The notes under the pieces: model-generated
Seen by the model: only the letters and a program-made list of their open reading frames with translations
Database searches by the model: none
Told to the model about the DNA's origin: nothing
Shown here: positions 57,231-64,000 of the stretch, in pieces
Numbering within the stretch: the stretch's first letter is position 1
Layout: every line of letters begins with the position of its first letter
Position numbers and translations under genes: made by a program
Source of the DNA: an uncultured Thermoplasmata archaeon
Lineage (GTDB): Archaea > Thermoplasmatota > Thermoplasmata > UBA10834
Assembly: GCA_963719945.1 (NCBI GenBank)
Contig: CAVRDX010000001.1
Coordinates: 704,001 to 768,000 of the forward strand
DNA: 64,000 nt
Direction of reading: 5' to 3'

Positions 57231-60200
57231 ATGTACCTGAAAGAGATAGAGCTCGAGAATTTCAAATCGTTCGCTCGAAAAACGCGGATTCCGCTTCTGC
57301 ATGGTTATACCTCGGTCACGGGTCCGAACGGTGCGGGCAAATCGAATGTCACTGATGCGATCCTCTTCGTTCTCGGACCAAAGAGTTCGAGGGTGATCAG
57401 GGCAGGCAAACTCACTGACCTCATATTCAATGGCGGTAAGGACAAGAAACCGGCAACCGAATGCAAGGTAAGCCTGATATTCTCCAACGAAGACAGGTTG
57501 ATACCTATCGATTCCGACAACGTGAAACTCACGAGGGTCGTGAGGACATCCGAATCCGCAGAGGGATATTACTCGTACTTCTATGTCAACGACCGGAAAT
57601 CTTCTCTGGGAGAATTCGACAGCCTGCTGGCCAATGCCAGGATAAGTGCTGACGGCTATAATTTCGTCCAGCAGGGGGACATCACTAGGATCGTCGAGAT
57701 GAGCAATCTCGAGAGAAGGAGGATCCTGGACGACATCGCGGGGATAACGAAGTTCGACCAGGACATACAGAGCGCTGATAAGGAGCGAGCAGTTGCGGAG
57801 GAGAACGTCGCTCGCCTGTCGATCATACTCGACGAGATCAGGAAGCAGATGAAGCAACTCGAGAAGGATCGCGAAGGAGCGCTCAAATACAAAGACATAC
57901 ACGAGAGGCTCGCTTTTGCCAAGGCGGCCCTGGCCACGAAACACCGCGACTCCGTAGATAGAGAGATCGCCTCCCTTCACGAGCAGGTCGAGAAGAACGC
58001 CGTTGAGAAAGCAAAGGCAGAGGAGAAGAAGGGAGAACTGCACGACGAGCATCGCCAGATCGCTGACGACCTCAACGCGATAGAGAACGAGATTGTTGAG
58101 AGAGGCGGCGAAGAGGCGAAACAGATCAAGGAGAAGATCGACAGCCTCAGGATCGAACTCGCACGTGCAAAGGATGCTCAGGATAATGCTGCCGAGATGA
58201 CCGAATCACTCGAGGAAGTGAAAGTCGCCCAGACCGAGGACATAAAGGCTGTGAAGAAGGACCTCACAGCTCTTGAGGAGAAACTCGCCCCGCTGGAAGA
58301 GGACCACAGAGCGAAATCTGGGATCCTTGAGAGCAGCAGGAACGAATTGACTTCTCACAAGGACATGGTCTCCAAGACGGACTCGGAATTGAGCAACCTC
58401 CAGAAGGATACGGTGGAACTCGCGGTCAAGGTCACTTCGATGGACGAAAAGCACCACGCGCTAAAGCTCGAGCTGGATCGACTGACCGAGCGCGAATCGC
58501 GTCTCAAACTGGACATCGCGAACCTCGAGGAGACCAAGAAGACCTATGAGTTCGAGCTCAAGGATTCCGAATGGTCGCTGAAGGAGCTGAAGGACGAGAC
58601 TTTCAACTCTGGCAAGGGGATAAAGAAGCAGCAGGAGGAGTACTACTCTCTCAGGAACAAGGAGAAGAAACTCAGCCAGCAATACCAGGACCTAGATAAC
58701 GCGATCAAGAGCCTCACCAGAGAATACAACCAGATAAAGGCGGAAGCGGAAGCCCATGACCTGATAAAGAAGGGCTACAACTCTGCCACGAGCGCACTGA
58801 TGGAATGCCGGGACAGGGGTTCCATCAAGGGCATCCACGGAACGGTCGCGGAGCTGGCGGATGTCTCTGAGGATTACGAGACCGCATTGAATGTCGCTGC
58901 GGGTCACAGGATGCAATCGATAGTCGTGGATAACGACGAGGTCGCATCGCAGTGCATAAATCACCTGAAGAAGAACAAGCTCGGAAGAGCCACATTCCTA
59001 CCGCTCAACAAGATGCTGGATGGACGTCCGAGAGGAAAGTCGATCCTGGCAGCCAACTCGGGCCTGGGATTTGCCATAGACCTCGTGAAATTCGACGAGA
59101 AATACAGGACGGCGTTCTGGTTCGTCTTCGGAGATACAGTAGTCGTCAAGACCCTGGACGATGCGCGGAAGCTCATGGGAGGCGTGAGACTCGTCACTCT
59201 GGAAGGGGAACTCGCAGAGGCTAGCGGAGCGATGGTCGGAGGTAACCTCGATAAGAACCTCCTGAAGTTCGGCGCAGCCTCGGAGAGCAAGTTGGAGAAG
59301 AAATCCACCGAGCTAAGGACCGCGATCGATTCGCAAGAGAGCATCCAGGGAGAGCTAACGGAACTCAAGACAAGATTGACGGAACTCGAAGGCCAGATAA
59401 GGGACTCGAATGCAAAGGACAGCGGAGAGAGCATCAGGATCAGCACGCTTCAGGCAAAGAAGAAGGAGTTCGATCAGAAGCTCGCATCCATCGCCAATGA
59501 ACTCGAGGTCAAGGACAAAGAACTCACAGAATGCCTCGGACTCATCGAGAAAGTCAACATAGACATAGGCAGGTTCTCTGAGGAGATCCAGAAGATAAAG
59601 GTGCGGAAGGAGGCGATGGACAAGAAGCTCATGGACGCCACGCCGCACGAGCTCTCACAGAAGCTGAAGAAGCTTGAGAGCGAGATATTCGAATTATCCA
59701 ATGAAGTGAGCGGACTGAGCTCCGAGATACAGACTATCAAGAAGCAGATAGAGCTCGTGACTGGTCGAAAGAACGAGCTCACGGCAGGACTCGATACTAC
59801 GAACCAGAGGATCGAAGAGCTCAAGGCGAAGCAGGAGGAGAGCCAGGAGAAGCAGATTCAACACGACACCGAGCTCAAGGCCCTGCAGAACATGGAGAGG
59901 TCGATGGGGGACAAGCTCAATTCCCTGAGGACAAAGCGCGACGGCCTCTACAAGAAGAAGACGGACACGGAAGCGAACATCGAAAAGCAGCTGACGAAGG
60001 CGCAGACCTGCGGAGACATAGTGCTCAGTCTTCAAACGAAGATCGCTGAGACCGATAAGAGGCTACTGGACGCCCAGACTGATTTGGCACAGTACGGATC
60101 CATCGAACTGCCTCAGGATCTGCCGACGATGGAGGACCTGAAGGCAACCGTCATCGAGAGCGAGAGGACCATCAATACCCTCGGAAACGTCAACCTGAAA

Positions 60201-60836
60201 GCCATCGACGAGTTCGACGAGAAGAGGGGCAGACACGACGAATTGAAGGAAGAGATATCCCAACTGAACAAACAGAATTCCAACCTGATGAAACTCGTGG
60301 CCGAACTCAATGACAAGAAGAAAGTCGGCTTCATGAAGATCTTTGGTGGCATAAACGAGAATTTCAAGAAGACCTTCGCCGAGCTTTCCGCAGGAGGGGA
60401 CGCTGAACTGCTCCTGGAGAACGAGGAGGACCCGCTCTCAGGTGGACTCATAATCAAAGCGAGGCCGAAGGACAAGAAGGTCGTCAGGATGCACGCGCTC
60501 TCAGGAGGCGAGAAGAGCCTCACCGCGCTCAGCTTCATATTCGCGATACAGGCGCACGAACCATCACCATTCTACCTGCTGGACGAAGTCGACATGTTCC
60601 TCGATGGCATCAACGCGGAGAATGTGGCGAAGGCGGTCAAGAGGGGTTCGAAGAACGCTCAGTTCATACAGATATCCCTGCGCAAGGTAACGCTCAAGGA
60701 ATCGGATCACATCATAGGAGTAACGATGCAACGCGATGGTATGTCCGAGGTAGTCTTCAAGCCGAACATCGGGGACATGGCGGACAACCCTGCCGAACCG
60801 GCAGACCAGCCACCAGCACAGGAGGAAGCCGCATGA
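57231..60836 (+). CDS. smc: Chromosome segregation protein SMC
   Basis: NFKSF, GPNGAGKSN, coiled coils, hinge GRATFLPL, LSGGEKS, LDEVD. Confidence 0.97.
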   Translation: MYLKEIELENFKSFARKTRIPLLHGYTSVTGPNGAGKSNVTDAILFVLGPKSSRVIRAGKLTDLIFNGGKDKKPATECKVSLIFSNEDRLIPIDSDNVKLTRVVRTSESAEGYYSYFYVNDRKSSLGEFDSLLANARISADGYNFVQQGDITRIVEMSNLERRRILDDIAGITKFDQDIQSADKERAVAEENVARLSIILDEIRKQMKQLEKDREGALKYKDIHERLAFAKAALATKHRDSVDREIASLHEQVEKNAVEKAKAEEKKGELHDEHRQIADDLNAIENEIVERGGEEAKQIKEKIDSLRIELARAKDAQDNAAEMTESLEEVKVAQTEDIKAVKKDLTALEEKLAPLEEDHRAKSGILESSRNELTSHKDMVSKTDSELSNLQKDTVELAVKVTSMDEKHHALKLELDRLTERESRLKLDIANLEETKKTYEFELKDSEWSLKELKDETFNSGKGIKKQQEEYYSLRNKEKKLSQQYQDLDNAIKSLTREYNQIKAEAEAHDLIKKGYNSATSALMECRDRGSIKGIHGTVAELADVSEDYETALNVAAGHRMQSIVVDNDEVASQCINHLKKNKLGRATFLPLNKMLDGRPRGKSILAANSGLGFAIDLVKFDEKYRTAFWFVFGDTVVVKTLDDARKLMGGVRLVTLEGELAEASGAMVGGNLDKNLLKFGAASESKLEKKSTELRTAIDSQESIQGELTELKTRLTELEGQIRDSNAKDSGESIRISTLQAKKKEFDQKLASIANELEVKDKELTECLGLIEKVNIDIGRFSEEIQKIKVRKEAMDKKLMDATPHELSQKLKKLESEIFELSNEVSGLSSEIQTIKKQIELVTGRKNELTAGLDTTNQRIEELKAKQEESQEKQIQHDTELKALQNMERSMGDKLNSLRTKRDGLYKKKTDTEANIEKQLTKAQTCGDIVLSLQTKIAETDKRLLDAQTDLAQYGSIELPQDLPTMEDLKATVIESERTINTLGNVNLKAIDEFDEKRGRHDELKEEISQLNKQNSNLMKLVAELNDKKKVGFMKIFGGINENFKKTFAELSAGGDAELLLENEEDPLSGGLIIKARPKDKKVVRMHALSGGEKSLTALSFIFAIQAHEPSPFYLLDEVDMFLDGINAENVAKAVKRGSKNAQFIQISLRKVTLKESDHIIGVTMQRDGMSEVVFKPNIGDMADNPAEPADQPPAQEEAA

Positions 60837-61771
60837 GCATGACAGCACCGGAGATGGATTGCGCACAGGTTCTGAACCATCTGATGTTTCAGAAATCAAT
60901 AATCGATGATGGCATACAGGAGAAGCGGGAGGAGCGCATCGAGAGCTATCTCCGCACGGTCGAGGAGATCAGGGAAGGGACGCTCGTCCCATCCGAAGAC
61001 CCGTTCGAGAGAAGCGTCTCCATCCTCTTCGAGCTCGTGATCCAGCAGAAGTTCAATCCATGGGACATCAACCTGATCGAATTCTCAAAGCTCTACATGA
61101 ACAGGATCAAGAAGGCTGACGAGGTCAACCTGATAATCGCGGGCAAGCTCGTGTACATGGCATGGGAGATACTCCGCATGCAGACGGAGCTGGTTCTGCA
61201 GCGGGCGGACAAACCAGAGACTGTCGAGGTCATGTTCGATGGTTGGGAACCCGAGGGCTTCGACCTGTTCGTCGACCCGTTCGAGCTCGGCGCCGGAGAG
61301 GCTCTCCTCTACAACGATGAGATGCCGATAGACGAGAAGATCAGGCGCAAATCGGACAGGCCTGTGACACTCATCGACCTACTCGACGCATTCGAGGAGG
61401 CCAAGCAGGAGAGCGATATACGCAAGGAACTGTCGAAGTTCATGCAGAAGTACAAGAGGCCAGACTTCGACGACAAGTCGCACAAGGAGAGCCTCGAGGA
61501 TGACATCGCCAGTGTATGGGACAGGCTGCAGAAGTGCGGAAGCGGACCGATACCAGTCGGCGACCTGTTCACCACCGGAAAGGAAGATAGGATAACCGTG
61601 TTCGTCTCAGTGCTCTTCCTCGCGAAGATGGGGAAGATCAATATCTGGCAGGAAGAAGTGCCATACGGAATGATATTCGTGGAAGCGAAGGTGCCATGGG
61701 ATATCGCCCATCTCGAAGATGCGGCGACGGTACCCGAAGTCCCGGTCCAGAATGTGTCGGTGGTCAAGTGA
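60833..61771 (+). CDS. scpA: Kleisin ScpA
   Basis: PWDINL, VTLIDLLDA, F.SVLFL..G...Q..PYG; ATGA overlap with smc. Confidence 0.88.
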   Translation: MSMTAPEMDCAQVLNHLMFQKSIIDDGIQEKREERIESYLRTVEEIREGTLVPSEDPFERSVSILFELVIQQKFNPWDINLIEFSKLYMNRIKKADEVNLIIAGKLVYMAWEILRMQTELVLQRADKPETVEVMFDGWEPEGFDLFVDPFELGAGEALLYNDEMPIDEKIRRKSDRPVTLIDLLDAFEEAKQESDIRKELSKFMQKYKRPDFDDKSHKESLEDDIASVWDRLQKCGSGPIPVGDLFTTGKEDRITVFVSVLFLAKMGKINIWQEEVPYGMIFVEAKVPWDIAHLEDAATVPEVPVQNVSVVK

Positions 61772-62280
61772 AGAGTGAGAGGATCATCGAAGCCGAGCTG
61801 TTCTCCGCCGGCAAACCTGTGACAGTGACGGACCTGTCCCAGAAATCAGGCCTTGATACCAGGACTATAAGGGGCGCACTTCAGAAGCTCACCGAAGAAT
61901 ACAACGATTCGGACAGAGCGATCGAGATATCCAAGATGGGGCCAAGGTACTCCATGCAGGTCAAGAAAGACTACAAGGACTTGGCATACAGGCTGGCAGA
62001 CATGAACATACCCAAGGATGTCCTCAAGACCGCATCGCTCATCGCATATTATCAGCCAGTGCTGCAGAGCAAGCTCTTCGATCTCCTGGGCAGCAAGATA
62101 TATGATCATGTGAAGAAGCTTGAGGAACTCAAACTCGTCAAGACGAGGAAGAGGAAGAACAGCCTCGAGATCACCACGACAAAGAAGTTCATCGAGACTT
62201 TCGGAATAGACGCCCGGTCCAGGGATGAGGTCAAAGCTTGGTTCGAGGGAGAACTTGCCAAGAAGGCCAAGAAGAACTGA
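61768..62280 (+). CDS. scpB: Kite protein ScpB
   Basis: IEAELF.AG.P, T.SLIAY.QP, TT.KF...FG; GTGA overlap with scpA. Confidence 0.9.
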   Translation: MKSERIIEAELFSAGKPVTVTDLSQKSGLDTRTIRGALQKLTEEYNDSDRAIEISKMGPRYSMQVKKDYKDLAYRLADMNIPKDVLKTASLIAYYQPVLQSKLFDLLGSKIYDHVKKLEELKLVKTRKRKNSLEITTTKKFIETFGIDARSRDEVKAWFEGELAKKAKKN

Positions 62281-62369
62281 GTTTGACCCATTCCAGTGAC
62301 ATATGTCAGGCCCTTCGGATACGCAAAGCTTTAAGTGACCTGCGTACATTGCGACTTCAGTGATTTCTG

Positions 62370-62585
62370 ATGGTCATGCCGCTCAGTTTGCTTGAGAAAT
62401 CGATGAACAAGAAAGTCTCTCTTCTGCTCAAGGACAGCAGGACGCTCGAGGGTACCCTCGTGGGATTCGACGATTACTTGAACATGGTCCTCGACGATAC
62501 CGAAGAGACGAACGGTGACCAAGTAAAGAGACTCGGCACGGTCATACTCCGCGGGAACAATGTCGTCAGCATAGCCCCGAAGTAA
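62370..62585 (+). CDS. Sm-like archaeal protein
   Basis: G.L.GFD.YLNMVL (Sm1), LRGNNV (Sm2). Confidence 0.93.
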   Translation: MVMPLSLLEKSMNKKVSLLLKDSRTLEGTLVGFDDYLNMVLDDTEETNGDQVKRLGTVILRGNNVVSIAPK

Positions 62586-62675
62586 TGGCCTGCAAGATTC
62601 TGCAGACATTGATTGCTCAGCGGATGCCCTGACACTGAAGATGATTTTATACATCCAAGTCGTTCCACGGCTGAC

Positions 62676-63650
62676 ATGAAAGCTGTACTGTTGGTGGGAG
62701 GGCTTGGAACCAGACTCCGGCCCCTGACATATCGTATTCCAAAACCACTCGTTCCTGTGATGGGGAAGCCGCTCATCATGCATGCGGTCGACTCCCTCCC
62801 AGATGAGGTTGACGAGGTGATCATCCCTGTTGGCTACAAGAAGGAGGTCATGCAGGATTATCTCGAGAGGAATAGACCGAAGCGAAAGATAACACTCGTC
62901 GACGAGCCTGAACCGCTTGGTACCGGTGGAGCGGTGAAGAACGTTGAAGAGTACATCGATGGGCCGTTCATGGTTCTGAACGGAGACATGATATCATCAT
63001 TGGACCTCAACGACTTCCTGCGATTCCACAGGACAAAAGGAGGGATCGCATCGATCTCGCTGTGGCAGGTGGAGGACCCATCCCCCTTCGGCGTCGCCTT
63101 GCTAGATGAAGACAATAGGATAACGAGATTCCAGGAGAAGCCGAAGAGGGAAGAAGCATTCTCTGATTGGATCAATGCAGGTGCATATGCGCTCGAATAC
63201 GAGGTGCTTGATCACATAGGTGAGGGCTTTGTCTCAATGGAACGAGAGGTCTTCCCGAAGCTCCTTGACCTTGGCATGTATGGACTGAAATTCGACGGAC
63301 ACTGGATCGACTGCGGAACCAGAGAGAACCTGCTGGGCGCGTTCAATATCCTGATGGGCTCCATGAGCAATGTATCACCAGAGGCGGTGATCGAAGGCGC
63401 AGTCATCAATGAGCCAGCTGTAGTCGAGAAGGGCGCAGTGATAGCCGGTGCGACGATTGGCCCGAATTCATACATATCCGAGCGCGCGGTCGTTGGTCCG
63501 CTCTCAAATGTCCAAGGTTCTATCATCTACAGTGATGCACGGATCGGGTCCAGGAGCAAGATCCGCGACTCGATAATCGATGAGGGCGTCACGATACCGG
63601 ATGGTGCAGAGATCGTTTCGAAGATCATAAGCCATGCAGCAGATGAATGA
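62676..63650 (+). CDS. Sugar-phosphate nucleotidyltransferase with C-terminal hexapeptide repeats
   Basis: GGLGTRLRPLT..PKPL, EPLGTGGA, NGD, FQEKP. Confidence 0.9.
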   Translation: MKAVLLVGGLGTRLRPLTYRIPKPLVPVMGKPLIMHAVDSLPDEVDEVIIPVGYKKEVMQDYLERNRPKRKITLVDEPEPLGTGGAVKNVEEYIDGPFMVLNGDMISSLDLNDFLRFHRTKGGIASISLWQVEDPSPFGVALLDEDNRITRFQEKPKREEAFSDWINAGAYALEYEVLDHIGEGFVSMEREVFPKLLDLGMYGLKFDGHWIDCGTRENLLGAFNILMGSMSNVSPEAVIEGAVINEPAVVEKGAVIAGATIGPNSYISERAVVGPLSNVQGSIIYSDARIGSRSKIRDSIIDEGVTIPDGAEIVSKIISHAADE

Positions 63651-63668
63651 ACCGTTGTCGCATTCGTA

Positions 63669-64000
63669 TCAGAAGAACCACACATAGCTCAGGAACATTA
63701 GTCCGGATATCGTAGCCGCTGCAGGTATCGTGAGTATCCACGCAATGACTATCTTTCTTCCGACGCCCCATCTGACGGCTGAAGCGCGTTTGGTCGCGCC
63801 TACACCCATGATCGCTCCGGATGCGGTATGCGTTGTGCTGACAGGGATTCCGAATATCGCAGTGACCATCAGCATGGTGGCCGCGCCCGTCTCAGCACAG
63901 AATCCCTGGTAGGGATCGAGCTTGGTTATTCTTGAGGCCATCGTCTTGACGATCCTCCATCCGCCGAAGAAGGTGCCCAGTGCCAACATCGCACCGCAAG
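63669..64000 (-). CDS. PiT family phosphate transporter, C-terminal part (truncated by window edge)
   Basis: GGWRIVKT, GIPVSTTH, AWILTIP. Confidence 0.92.
   Translation of the reverse strand, partial: CGAMLALGTFFGGWRIVKTMASRITKLDPYQGFCAETGAATMLMVTAIFGIPVSTTHTASGAIMGVGATKRASAVRWGVGRKIVIAWILTIPAAATISGLMFLSYVWFF

Noticed and set aside
57060-58052. 330 aa antisense ORF and many other long shadow ORFs
   Set aside because: They lie opposite well-supported genes such as smc, have no motifs, and are expected from codon bias
62586-62675. CTGA/TGA-rich spacer after Sm as a possible C/D box sRNA
   Set aside because: No good box C; TTTTATA about 25 nt before the next ATG explains it as a leaderless promoter
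1-64000. CRISPR arrays, IS elements, integrases, inteins, rRNA or intact tRNA
   Set aside because: None detected by eye: no regularly spaced repeats, transposase or integrase motifs, or intein-sized insertions

Overview
Gene-dense archaeal chromosomal window, most likely from a Thermoplasmatota (Thermoplasmata) genome. Support: the L7Ae-S28e-L24e-ndk-aIF5B and S6e-aIF2gamma-PIN clusters, CarS, pantoate kinase, CTP-dependent riboflavin kinase, a DUF6015-like gene, and many TATA-proximal or TTG starts. Most content is housekeeping: tmk-coaBC-pantoate kinase, prs, proS, trmI, purS-purL-purQ, translation genes, ppsA, XPD, carS-pyrE-udg, smc-scpA-scpB and Sm. Non-housekeeping content: (i) a visibly AT-richer patch at about 7.9-11.5 kb of small membrane and zinc-ribbon genes, which starts right after a decayed tRNA-like sequence; (ii) two tandem units, polyferredoxin+AOR and polyferredoxin+class III aminotransferase, with a structured leader and palindromic sites; (iii) an isolated RACo/DUF4445 corrinoid activator; (iv) a membrane-anchored clostripain; (v) a glycosylation locus with a WbpB/E/D-like trio. 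Reading intergenic DNA gave two unannotated microproteins, a K-turn over the L7Ae ribosome-binding site, and a second candidate K-turn over the start of the DUF6015-like gene. No intact tRNA, rRNA, CRISPR array, integrase or transposase was seen. All product calls are from motif recognition without database searches, and start codons are best guesses.
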